Source of the DNA: Scenedesmus sp. PABB004
Taxonomy: Eukaryota
Reading direction: 5' to 3'
DNA length: 64,000 bases
NCBI GenBank assembly: GCA_014905635.1
Contig: CM026547.1
Coordinates: 310,001-374,000 of the forward strand
A model generated the notes under the pieces. It was not told where the DNA came from and made no database searches. It was given only the letters and a program-made list of their open reading frames with translations. Position numbers and translations under genes: made by a program. Positions 1 through 15,851 of this stretch are shown piece by piece (positions within the stretch are counted from its first letter, which is position 1; each line of letters opens with the position of its first letter).

Positions 1-721
1 GGTTACGCAGCAGCTCGCCGACGGGATGGCGCGCGGCTGCAGCCTCGGCGGCGCCGGCGGCGGCACGCACGCCTGACAGCGTGCCGGCGCGGCCTCGCCC
101 GGCGCGCGCCCCTGGCTGGGGCCCGGAGCCGCTGCCGCGCGGCCGCGTGATGATGGCAGCCTAGCGGGTGCATCACTCTGGGTAGCCGCAGGATGACGCG
201 GCTCGCTGGGAGGCATGGGGAATCGTCTGCGACGGCGCGAACGGTGCGGCGGCTGCACCAGCCTCTCACTTCTTCTTCTGGGCTGCACGTGGCCTCGGTG
301 TCATGGTCTGGGGCGCATGTCATATCTTTTCGGCGGAGCGCCGAGGGGCTGCGCACTGCTGATGGCGGTCATGCGAAGCTTGCAAGCGGCGGCGCGTCAT
401 TTGTCATCGGCGGCCGCGCACGGGCGCGCGCGCGCGCCCGGCTGCTGCGGAGCTCGAGCGGCGCCAGCGGTCAGCGGGCGCCCCTGCCCGACAAGACACG
501 CACGCTGTGTGGCGCGGTGGGTGTTGACGCGCGCCGCCGCGCAGCCTCGGTGCAGCGTGTGCTGCGTGCTGCGCTCCTATATTGTTTTGTGTGAGCACCT
601 CGCAATCTTGGCGGTCGCGGCGCGAGTTGAACGAGCCGCCTCCGCGCCCCAGGGCAGGCCCGCCCCAGCCCAGCAGCCCAGCAGCAGTCCGCGCCCGCCT
701 CTTCGCCTCTTCGCCAGGGCG

Positions 722-3700
722 TCACTCCCCGTGCTCGGCGCCCTCCGCCGCGGCGGCGGCGCTCTCCAGCGCGGCCGCGACTTGCCCCGCGAGCGCGGGG
801 TCGGCCGCCAGCACCGCCTCCTTGAGCGTGGCGAGATAAAAATCCTCCATGTGCTGCCCCAGTGCCGACCCGTCAACCTGCGGGCGCGCCCGGGCGCGCA
901 GGCGCGTGCGCGGCCCGATGTCGGTCGACACCGACCGAGCGGCCGCCCCGCCCGGCAGCGGCGCGGCGTGCGCGGCGCGGCGCGACGCAGCGCGGTGCGG
1001 CGCCAGCCGGCGGCGGCGGCTGTGGCTGCAGCGGCAGCTGCACGCACCAGGGCGTTGAGGATTGCCATCTCGTGCTCTTGGATCGCGTCCCGTAGCGCCT
1101 GCGACGCGAGGTCCATGACGACCTCGGACACCTCCCTGCCCTCGCCGAGCACGTCCTTGGAGCCCGCCTCAAACACGAGCGCGCCGCCCGGCTCAAGGCG
1201 CACGCCCGTGCGCACGTGCGCGTAGCCGAGCAGGCGCGGCACGCTGCGGGCGCGGCGGCGCGGTGGGCGGCGCGGGCGCGTGGGCGCGTGGGAGCGCGGA
1301 CGAGGGGATGCGGCGGCGGCGGCGGCGACAGTGCGGCGGTGCCGCGCCTGGGCACGATGTCGGCGGCGTTGGTCACGCGCCACGCGCGCCCGCCGAGCCG
1401 CGCGTCAAACTCGTCCGCAAACGCCTTGTTGCCGACGCGGGGCGCGCCAAACGTAAACATCGACACGCGCCGCGCCGCCGCCCACGCGCTGCCGCGGCGC
1501 CGGGGCGGGCGGGCGGCGGGGCGGGGCAGGCGGCGGCGGGCGGGCGGCGGCGTCGGGGGCAGGCCTCCTCCCCACGCGGCCGGCGGGCGTTGGATGGAGC
1601 CCCCGGACGCCCCGGCGCCGCGCACCGCGGCGCAGCGCCGCGCGGCGCGCGCACCGGCGCCCCGCCAGGTCGTACGCACACAGCGTGGCCAGCGCGCCGC
1701 CGAGGCTGTGCCCCGTCACAAACACCTGCGCCGCCGCGTGGGCGCGCGCGCGAAGGGTCGGCGCCGGCGGACCGGCCGGAGCCGGCGCGCGCGGCGCGGC
1801 CCAGCCGGGGCGCATCACGTCGCCCACCTGCCAGGGCCGCTCGGGGTGGCGTCCGCGGTGAGCTGCTCCACCAGGCGCATCACCTGCGCGGCGTCGCAGG
1901 CGGCGCGGCGCGTCGGGATGCGTCAGCGCCTGCGCGCGGCGCTGCGGCCCGCCGCGGCCCGCCGCGGCCCGCCGCCCAGCTTCTCCCTGCATGCCTTGGG
2001 CTTGACGCTGTCGTAGGCCGCCAGGAAGCCGCTGTGGACCATGAGCTCCTCGTCTGGACCGCGTATGGGTGTGGTGGGCGGGCGGGCGGGTGGGTGGGCG
2101 GGCGGTGTGTGTGTGTGGGGGGAGGGGGGGGGGGGGGGTGGAGGAGGCGCTGGCGCAGCGCAGCGCCGCGCCGCGCCGCGCCGCGCCGCCGCGCCGCCCG
2201 CCTCGCTCACTCTTTTTGAACTTTGCGAACGGCAGCGAGATGCCGCCGAGCCCGCCCGTGCGCTCGACGTCAAACGCCTGGGGGATGAGGTTGACGTCGC
2301 TCACAAAGTCCTTCCACTTGACCTGCGGGCGGGCGGTTCAGGGCGGTTCAGGGCGGTTCAGGGCGGTCAGGGCTTAGGTCTCAGGGCGGTCAGGGTTCAA
2401 GGAGATGATCGCTCGAGGTTGAGGCGGCGGGCTTTGGCGCGGTGATGCCGCCGCGGCGCGCGGCCGACGCGGCAGACGCGCCTGCTCCGTGCCCCTGAAC
2501 GCGACGACCACCTCGCGCAGCTCCCTGCTGACCTGCACCCAGACCTGCGCGCCGCGGCGAGCGCGGGCAGGCGCGGGTGTGCGTGCGTCGGCCGCCGCGC
2601 GCCGCGGCAGTGGGCGCCCCAAAGGCGACTGTGCCACGCCGCGGCGCGCGCCTGGGTGTCGGTCTTTGCGTTTTCGACGAACGCGACCGGCGCAAACACG
2701 TTGGCCACCTTCTTGCCTGCCACGCCGGCGAGCGCCTTCCACGCGCCCGGCAGCGCCGCGGGCGACAGCGCCGTGCCACCCGCGCCGGCGGGCGGGGCGC
2801 CGGCGGCGTCCGCGGCGTCCGCGGCGTCCGCGGCGTCGCGGACCGCGCGGCCCGCGGCGACGCGGCCGATGATGGCGGCCAGGTCGGTGGCGGGCAGCGC
2901 GCCGAGGCCCTCGGCCTGCGCGGCGCGCCAGCGCCAGCGGCGGCGGCGGATGCGGCGGCGGCGGCGGCGGCGGCGGCGTCTGCGCGGCCGCCCAGCCGCG
3001 CGGGAGCCACCGCCGCGCGGTGGCGCCGCCGCGCACCTGCACAAAGCCCTGCACCGCGTCCGCCGCCTCCGCGACGCGGCCGACGACGCTCGCCTTCGAC
3101 GCCGCGACCGCCGCCGCCTGCGCCGCGAGGCCGCTGCCCTGCAGCCGGCCCTCCAGCTGCTCCAGCGCGCCGCTCAGCACCTGGGAAGGGATGGAGGGGG
3201 TTGGCGGGGAGGGGGAGGGGCTCGGGCGGCGCTCGCGAACCACACCGGCGCCGGCAGTCGGGCGCGGCGCGTGCCCTGACCAGCGCGCGGCAGGCCGTGC
3301 GCCCCCACCTGCACTGCCTGCTGCTTTGCCGCGCCGACGACCTCGCCCAGCGCGGGCGCGCCGTCCGCCTGCTGCTGCGCGCGCTCGCCGCCGCCGGCGG
3401 CCGCCGGCGCGGCTTGGCTGGGGGCCGCCGCGGCCAGCGCCGCCGCGGCCGCGGCCTGCTGCACGGCGTCCGCCGCCTGCGTGGCCGCCGGCGCGAGCGC
3501 GGCCTGGACCGCCTCCGCCTGCTCCGTCGCCGCCTCGGCCACGGCGCCCACCGCCGCCGCGGCGGTCGCGGCCGCGGCGGCCTGCAGCTCCAGCGCCGAC
3601 TCGAGCTGCTCCTCCAGCTCCGCGAGCTCGGCGGGCGCGTCGGGCACCTGCGGCAGCGGCGGCGCGCGGGCTTGCTCGCGGATGGCGCGTGTGGGCCGCG

Positions 3701-5155
3701 GCGGGACGCGCGGCCGCCCAGGCCAGCTGCTTCCAGCAGCTGCCGCCACACCTCCATGTCCTCAGCCACCGCGTCGTCCAGCAGCTCCGAGCTGAACGGA
3801 AGGAACTCGCCCGACACAGCCAGCGTGCCCTGCCCGTTGGTGCCTGCCCCGCCGGCGGCGGCGCGGCGGCGGCGGCGCCGTGCGCGCGTCGTGCGCGCGC
3901 CGTGCGCGCTGCCGCGCCGGTGCGCACGCGCGCGCGGCCGCACCCTTGAGCGGCAGCGCGAGCTGCACCCCCGGCGCGGCGGCGAGGTCCGCGACCGGCA
4001 GCATCGCGACCCCGAGCTCAATGTCGCTGCGGAGCTTGTTCTTGTCGTAGACCTGCGGGGTTCACAGTCAAATGGGGGACGCACGGTCAGCGCCGCGCGC
4101 GGGCGGCCACAGTCGCGCGCACGGAAGCGCGTGCGTCTGGTCGGGGGACCGCGTGCTGCCTGACCGAGCTTGCTGCTAGGACCGGCCGAGAGGGGGCGCG
4201 GGGCGCCCGCGGGCCGCGCCAGCGCGCGGCACGCACCCGCAGGCGCACGACGTCCTCGTCGCGGCGGCGCACATACAGCGTATGCGTCTCGCCCTCCCAC
4301 GCGGGGCTCAGCTCGCCCCACGCCACGCCCGTCGTGGCGGTCGAGTCGCCGAGCGTCGCCACGATGTACGGGTCGGAGCCGCCCGTGATCTGCGCGGGCG
4401 GTGGTGGTGGTGGTGGTGCCCGTGGCGGCGCGAGCGGGCACGGCGCGGCGCCGCGACCCCCGCGCGCACGCCACTCACGTTGACTGCCTTGAGCCCCTCT
4501 GCGCGGTGGATGGTGAGGCGCAGCAGGCCCTCATAGTGAGCCAGCAGGAAGGACCTGCGGGGCGCGGCGCGGCCGGGGTCGGCAGCGGTCGCTGGGACGC
4601 GGCGCGGGCTCGGCGGGCGGCGCGCGGGCGGGCGGCGCGCGGCGCCCTCACTTGTCGGTGTAGGTCACCAGCGTCTCGTTCAGCAGGACCTCGCGGTACT
4701 GCTCCAGCGCGCCGGAGGGCTCCAGGTACCTACACGAGAGGCGGCGGCGCGCAGCACGCGTCGCACGCACGCGTCGAGCGCACGCGCCGCGCGCGCCGGC
4801 CGCGCGCGCCGGCCGCGCGCGCCGCCGCCCCCGCGCGCCGCGCGGCGCGCGGCGCTCACGCCTCAAAGGCTGCCGCGGCGAGCGCGACCGCCAGCGGGAG
4901 GTCGAAGGCCGCCGCGGGCTCGGCCGCGCCCGACGCCGCCGCGCAGGCCTGGCGCCGCGCCTGGCGCCGCGGCGCGGCGCGGGGCGGTGGCGACGGTCGG
5001 CGCGGGGCGTCAGGCTGGGGGGTGGGTGGGCGGTCGCGCTCTCTGCTGTTGCCAGGGCGGCCAGCCCCCCGCCGCCAGCTGCGAGCGCGGCGCCGGAGCA
5101 GCGAGCGCCGCGCCGCTGCCGCGCTGCCTGCGCGGCGCTGCATGGCGGCCTGCAT
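722..5155 (-). CDS. HIL1: C2-domain-containing class 3 lipase (HIL1/At4g13550-like, probably plastid); multi-exon
   Basis: Exons give the C2 motif GSDPYIVATLGDS, then VVVAFRGTEQ|VKWKDFVSDVNLIPQAFDVERTGG, VHSGFLAAYDSV, the nucleophile elbow VTGHSLGGALATLCAYDL, MFTFGAPRVGNKAFADEFD, RVTNAADIVP and C-terminal QHMEDFYLATLKEAV. The stop is at 722. The start (MQAAMQRR, Arg/Ala-rich transit-like) is approximate. Confidence 0.85.
2331..2400 (+). repeat. Intronic 10-bp tandem repeat (GGGCGGTTCA)n, degenerating toward TTAGG/TCAGGG units
   Basis: Three perfect GGGCGGTTCA units followed by degenerate copies, inside a lipase intron. Confidence 0.8.
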
Positions 5156-5548
5156 GCGCGCGCGCGGCGAGTGTCGTGCCCTCAAGCCCCCACCCTCAAC
5201 CCGCGGACTCGCGCCTGCAGCCAGCCGCGCGATGCAGCCAGGGCTGCGCGCGGCAGGTGTCCTGCCGCGCCGACAGCACCGGCGCCGCCCGCGCGAGCGA
5301 GGGGCCGCCCTCCTTTGCCGCAGGAGGGGCCGCGGCAGCTGCCGGGCGCCCGTTGAAGCAGCAGCATTGGGCCCCCCGCCCGCGCAAATGCTGCCCGCTG
5401 CTGCTGCGTGCGCTCTGCGCCGCCCCGCTGCCGGCTGCGGCGGTGCTGGTAAGGCGCGGTGGGCGCGGAGCGGTCGACGTCGGATTGGGCGCCGCGCGTG
5501 ATGGGAGAGGGTTCACTGCGCTGCGCGTGACGCGCGACGCGCCGCCGC

Positions 5549-7335
5549 TCACGCTCGCCGCCCATCCCCGCTCGCCGCCTCGCGCACCAGCACGCCCAGC
5601 AGGTAGGGCTGCCGCGCGCCCCAGGCCAGCGGCACGGGCGAGCCGAGCTGCGCCGCGTGCACCGCCAGGCCGCGGTCCAGCCCCAGGGCCGCGCACGCGT
5701 CCGCCGTCGGCAGCAGCAAGTACAGCCGCGCCGCGAGCGCCGCGTCGGGGCTGCCGGGCAGCAGCGAGCCGCCGTCCGCGCCGAGCTTGACCAGGCCGCA
5801 GCGCCGCCGCGCCTCCAGGTACGCAGCGTACGCCCCCAGCCCGCCGCAGCCCGCCTGCTGCGCCCAGCCCGCGGCGGCGCCGGCCGGCACCACCGGCCGC
5901 ACCAGGAACGTGCGGCGCGAGCTGGGCGGGGCGCCCTGGTAGCTCCCGAGCGCCCTGCTGGCGTCGCACCTGCCAGCACAGGCGGCGGTGGGGGGCGTGA
6001 CGCACGTGCGCGCACGCGCAGGCGTGCCGGCGCAGCGCAGCGCGCGTGAGGGCGCGCCCACCTGAAGTGCGCGTCGAGCGTGGGCTGCAGCGCGAGCTGC
6101 GCGGCGCCCCCCAGGCCGGGCGGCTGCTGCACGTCGACCGCCTGCACCGCGCCGTATGCATCGCTGGCCTTGGTCAGCTCGCCGCGCCACAGCACGCGGC
6201 CGGCCGGCTGCAAGGCGCCGCGCGCCGGCTCCGCTGCGGCCGCGCCCCCTGCTGCCGCGGCCAGGCACGTGCGCGCCGCGTGCTCGATCGACGCACGCGC
6301 GAGCCTCGCTCCAGGCGCCGCCGCCGCGGCCGCCAGCAGGCCCGCCCCTGCCGCCGCTGCGGCGGGCTTGCGCCCCGGTCCGGTGTGCGGCAGGCGAGCC
6401 GCCCCGGCCTGCGCCGTGCTGAACGCTGCTGTGAGTGCCTCCCTGCCAGCCGCGCCGCCGAGCGCCGCCTGCTGTGCGGCAGGCGGCATGAACGCCGCCG
6501 CCGGCGGCGTCGTCGCCAGCCCCTGCTCCTGCGTCTGCGTCTGCGCCTGCGTCTGCTGCTTCTGCTGCCGCTGCTTTTTCACACTCTGCTGCCTCTGCTG
6601 TGCCGGCAGCTGCTGCAACGGCGACCGCTGCACCGGCGACCGCTGCACCGGCGACCGCTGCACCGGCGACTGCAGCTGCTGCCCGCCTGGCCCTGGCCCT
6701 GGGCCTGGCTCCGGCCTCGACCCCGGCCCCGGCTCCGGTCCCGGCCCCAGCTCCGGCCCGTTGTGGCAGCCGCTGCTGCGCCGCTGCCGCCGGGGTGCGG
6801 GCGAGGCGGCGTCCGCCTCGTCAGCCGCCGCCTCAGCCGCCGCCCGCCCCACGCTGCTGGCGGCCGCCGGCTCGCTGGCCCGCGCGCGCTTGCCGCCGCC
6901 GCCGTCGCCGCCGCCGCCGCAGGGGCGGCCGGCGTTGCGGTGCTGTTCGCCCGCGCGCGGGCTCGCCGTCGGCTCCAGCGCCAGCTCCTGCGGCGAGAAA
7001 AAGCCGCGCGGCGCCGCCGCGGCGCCCCCCGCCGCGGCGGCGGCGCGCGCTGCCGCAAGCGCGCGCATGCCGTCTGCGACGTCGGCCGGCGCCGCCGCGC
7101 CCGCGCGCGCGAGCTGGAGGAGGTGCGCCGCGTAGACCTGCTCCAGCGCGGCGTCGCCGGCGCAGCGCGGCGCGGCGTGGGCCGCCCACTCGCGGAGCAG
7201 CGCGGGCGTGAGCCCCGGCACGCCCGGCCGCGGCAGGCGCGGCCAGCGCAGGAACGCGTTCCACGCCAGCATGAGCTGCCGCTCCGGCAGCGTGGTGTCG
7301 GCCTCGCGGTGCAGCGCGCGCAGGTCGGCGTGCTG

Positions 7336-7378
<43 letters not shown>

Positions 7379-9270
7379 CAGGGCTCTTTGCGCGCGTGCG
7401 GGCGCGCGCGCGCGTGCGCGAGGCGGCGCCGCGCGGCTGATGGCACGCGCGCACGCGGCGGCGGTGGGGCTGAGGGCCACCCCAGGTGCAACGCAGCGCA
7501 GCGCAGGGCTCACCCGGTACTCAGCGTCGTCCAGCTCGTCGTCGCTGTCGAGGGCCAGCGCGCTGCGCGCCTTGGGCTGCGCCGCCTGGCTGTGATAAAA
7601 CACGCCCAGGCCCACGCCGGCGGCGGCAGCGTCCGCCGCGCTCACGGCGGCGGCGCGCCGCTCGGCGTCGCGCCCGCGGCCGCGGCCGCGGCCGCGGCTG
7701 GCCCCGCGCCCGCGCCCGCGCCCGCGCTGCGAGGCAACTGCCGCAGCAGCGATGCCGGCCGCGGCGCCGCGGCCCCGGCCACGCCCCCCGCTGCGCCCCC
7801 GCCCGCGCTGCGAGGCGGCAGCCGCCGCCGCGGCTGCAGCAGCGGCGCCAGGCGTGACCGCGACCCTGCTGCTGCGACCGGTCGCCTCGACAGCGCCTGC
7901 TGCCTGCTCCCGCTCCCGCGGCGGCGGCTCCGGCAGCTCGGCCGCCGCCGGCGCCTCGCTGCCACCCGGTGCCCGGTCGTCGCACTCGCGCTTGCCGCCC
8001 GCGCCCACACGCTGCAGCGCCACCGCGGCCGCGCCGCGCCAGGAGGGGTTGAAGTCGCGGCCTGGGCTCAGCAGGCCGAGGCGGCGGAGCTCCGCGCCGC
8101 GCTGGCGCCGCGAGACGGCAAAGTCGCGTGCTGAAGCGCCCTCGCGGCCCGCGGCGCCGTCGGGCGCTGCCGGCGGCAGCGAGACGCCCTCATGGGCCAG
8201 CCACACGCGCAGCTCGCCCGGTGCAGATGCGGCGCAGCCGAGCTGGTCGTGGCAGAGCCTGAAGTGCGCCGCCAGCGCGGCGAGGCTGCCAAACACGCCG
8301 CGGCACAGCACGCACCGCCCGCCCGGCAACAGCAGCGACACGGCCGGGGGCCCACTGGCGCGGCTGCGCAGCACGTCCCCGTCCAGGTGCGGCTCGTCGT
8401 CCGGGTCGGCGCCGGGCAGCAGCCGAAGCCACAAGTCGTGCGGCGCCTGCTTTGCCTCGACCCCGCCGACTGCAGCGGGCGCTGCCGCACCCGGCGGCGG
8501 CGCGAGCGCCAGGCGCAGCGCCAGCTGCAGCTCAGGCCAGCGATACGGCAGCTGGCAAGGGCTCCCGCCGACGGCTGCGTGCTGCGGCGTGACGCTCAGG
8601 TAGGTCTTGCGCTGCTGCTGCTGCTCCGGCTGCTGCTGCTCTGGCTGCTGCTCTGGCTGCTGCTCTGGCTGCTGCTGCTCTGGCTGCCGCTGCTCTGGCT
8701 GCCGCTGCTCTGGCTGCCGCTGCTCTGGCTGCTGCTGCTGCTGCGGCTGCTGCTGCTCTGGCTGCGGCTGCTGTTCTGGCTGCTGCTCTGCGGCGCCAGC
8801 TGCTGCTGGCGCCTCGGCCACCTCCCAAACGGACGCCTGCGCCACTCCGGGTGTGAGCGCGACCGCGCTGCCCGCACCGCACAGCGCCAGCGCTGCCGGG
8901 GTCAGCGGCACGCCCGCGGCGCCCGCGGCGTGCGCTCCGCCGCCGGCGTCGGCGCCGCCGCTGCTGCTGCCCGGCTGCTCAGCGGTCAGGGGCACGGCAG
9001 CCCACATGACAGGCACCACGCCGCTGGGCCATGCGCTGCCGGCCGCGGCGGTGTGCCAGAGCCCAAACAGGCGCTCCGGCGTGAGGCTGCAGCTCACAAG
9101 CCGCCCCGCTGCAGGGCCGGGCGCCAGCGCGCGCACGTCGGGCAGGGCCTCCCGCACCAGCAGCAGCAGGTGGGGGCTGGCCATCCCTGCAAGGCCGCCC
9201 GGCGGCAACGGCAGGTCCACGCCCGTGCCGCCGCCGCTGCCGCCCGCAGCCCGCTGGCCGCCGGGCGGCG

Positions 9271-9326
<56 letters not shown>

Positions 9327-10234
9327 GCCTGCTGCTGCTGCGCCTGCTGCTGCTGCGCCTGCTGCTGCTGCGCCTGCTGCTGCTGCAGGGCGCCACCCGC
9401 GCCCGCCGCAGCAGCCGAGCCCTGCCCGTCAAGCCGCGGCCGCTTGCTCGCCGGCTCGCCGCTGTCGTCCGCTGTGTGTGGCCGTGCAAACGGCGCGTGC
9501 AGCAGCGCCGCGCTGCGCGGCTCAAACTCCTGCGGCAGGCGGGTGCGCGAGGTCGGCGGCGGCGCGCCCAGGCTGACAGCGAGGGCGGCTGCGCCCGGCA
9601 CGCACCAGGCGCGCCGCGCCGCCGCCGTCCGGGACTGGGATGCCGTCCGCCAGCACCGCGATCACCGACAAGCTGCTGAAGCCACTGGCGTCTTCGAGGC
9701 CTGGTGTCGCGAGCGTGAAGGCGTCCAGCTGCACCCGCAGCACGCCGCCGCACCTGGCCGTCAGCAACGGGAAGGGCGGGAGCAGGGCGGGGGCGGCCTG
9801 GGCCGGCGGGGGCGCGCTGCGCGGCCGCAGCTGCCCGGGCGCGCGCGCTGCGCCGCTGCTCCGCGGCCACGCGCGGCGGCGCCCGCAAACCTGCTGGGCA
9901 GTCGTGGTGCGCGCCGGGGCCGGGCTTGCAGGGCGTGCGTGCGGTGGAGGAAGAGCGCCTGCGCCGCGCGCGGGCGCGACCAGCAGCGTTTGCGCGGAGC
10001 GGCGGCGCGCGCGCGCGGTGCTGCGGCGCCCTCGTGCCAGCGGGCGTCCACGCCCTGCCGGCGGGCGCCTCGCACCGGGCGGCCATCGCCGCCACCGGCG
10101 GCCGCAGCCCAGAGCGCGCCGCAGGCGAGCAGCGCTGCGCCGGCTTCGTCTGCCGCCTCCTGCTGCTGCCGCCACTCCCGGGACGGTTGCGTGTGTGGCC
10201 ACGTAAGGCGCGGTAGCTTCTTGGCCCGAGCCAT
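5549..10234 (-). CDS. Su(z)12/EMF2-like Polycomb (PRC2) VEFS-box protein with C2H2 zinc finger and putative C-terminal SPOC domain; multi-exon
   Basis: N-terminal ALFLHRT (compare the SUZ12 ZnB segment PIFLHRT). C2H2 finger RCVLCRGVFGSLAALAAHFRLCHDQL at ~8316-8240. VEFS box GVFYHSQAAQP...DSDDELDD|...TTLPERQLMLAWNAFLR...AHLLQLARAG at ~7605-7060. SPOC-like LWRGELTK...YLEARRRCGLVKL...LYLLLP...YLLGVLVR at ~6200-5580. ATG at 10234, stop at 5549. Confidence 0.75.
8610..8790 (-). repeat. Coding (Q)QPEQ repeat / CAG-rich tract
   Basis: Imperfect 12-15 bp units encoding QPEQQ/QPEQR in the Su(z)12-like gene. Confidence 0.8.
9272..9388 (-). repeat. Coding polyglutamine (CAG)n tract
   Basis: A long CTG run on the + strand encoding QQQQAQQQQA...Q on the - strand. 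Confidence 0.9.
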
Positions 10235-10979
10235 GCGGGCGCGCCGCGGCGCCGCGCGCTGCTCGCAGCGCGCTGCTCGCGGCGCGCAGCCAGGGGCCCT
10301 GGCTGCGCCTGCCGCGGCGCGCGCGCTCTCTAACCCAGCTGTGGATGGCCAGGGACGCTGCTCGGGGAACCACGCGGCCTTGGGCGCCGCCACCGCGCCA
10401 GAACCGCGGGAGCGTGTTTTCAGCGTCGGTGCTGCGCGCGTTGTGACATCGTGATCGCGATCGGAGGAGCGCGCGCACTCTGCGTGAGAGAAGGAGGAGC
10501 AGGCCATGCTGTTACCGCACGCCCCGCCGCCGTTTCGCCCGCCCCGCCGCCGGCCAGCGTGGCCCAGCACGCGCAGAGCGCACTGCCGCGGGCTGCCGGG
10601 CTGGCCGGCGCCCGCCGCGGGGTGCCGCGAACGGTCACGGCGGCCCCGACGGCGGCGCCGGCCGCCGCTGCCGGCGCGGGCCAACCCCTCGACGTCGTCG
10701 GCACTGCTGCTGCTGCTGCTGCTGCTGCTGGCCGCCCCACACACGGGGCGGCGCAGCGGTGGTGTCAATGGCAGTTCGCACACGTCGGCACACACACGCC
10801 GCGCGGCCGCGGCGCGCGGGCCCGGCCGCTGCCGGCGCCTGCGCGCGCGCGCCGCCGGAGGCTGCTGCTGCGCGCGCGCCGGCGCGCGGGGGCGCGCGGC
10901 CGCGCCGCGGCACTGCGGCGCGGCCGCGCGCCCCCGCGCGCCGCGCGCCTCTGCCCGCGGGCAGAGGTGCGTGGCCTGC

Positions 10980-12084
<1,105 letters not shown>

Positions 12085-12408
12085 GGTGGTCGGCAGGAGA
12101 TGCGACGAGGGGCGTGAAGGGCGGAGGTGGGCGGCGCTGGGGGGCCGCCAGCGCGCAAGAGCGCGCGGCAGCAGGCCGCGTCGAGCGTCAGCGCGGCCTA
12201 GACCGCGCACCCTCCGCGCGACGCGGAATCGGCCACCCCACGCGCCCCAGCGACCCACGCCGGCTGCGTGAGGGGACGCGGCGCGCTGGACGCTGCGGGC
12301 GCGGCGGCGGCCGCGGATCCGATCGCGCCGCCTGCAAGCGCGCCGCCGCGCGCGCGGCCGCCTTGTCACCGGTGTTGCCCGCACGCCCCACGCCGGCCCA
12401 CGGCGCCG

Positions 12409-15580
<3,172 letters not shown>

Positions 15581-15851
15581 CCCAACGCGGCGCGGGACTC
15601 GCCCGGAATCGGCAGCAGCAGCGGCGGCAGCGGCGGCGCGGGCGGAGTGACGTGCACGCGGCGGCGGTTCGTTCGTGGCGTCCCGGTCCGCTGCCGGCGG
15701 GGCAGGATTCTGGGCTGTCACCCGTGAGCAGGCAAGCAGCCGGCGGCGGTGCACGAGTTGCCGTGCGACGCCCCTGCGAACCCTGTCACAGCCCACGCCC
15801 AGCAGCACACGATTGCGTTCGCGCTTGCTCGCACTGCCGCCGCTCTGCCCC

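Noticed and set aside
1..720. Possible gene in the first 700 bp
   Set aside because: No recognisable coding motifs. It is consistent with the lipase 3' UTR or intergenic DNA.
8607..9390. Cys-rich metallothionein/keratin-like ORF on the + strand
   Set aside because: It is the antisense reading of CAG-rich polyQ tracts in the Su(z)12-like gene.
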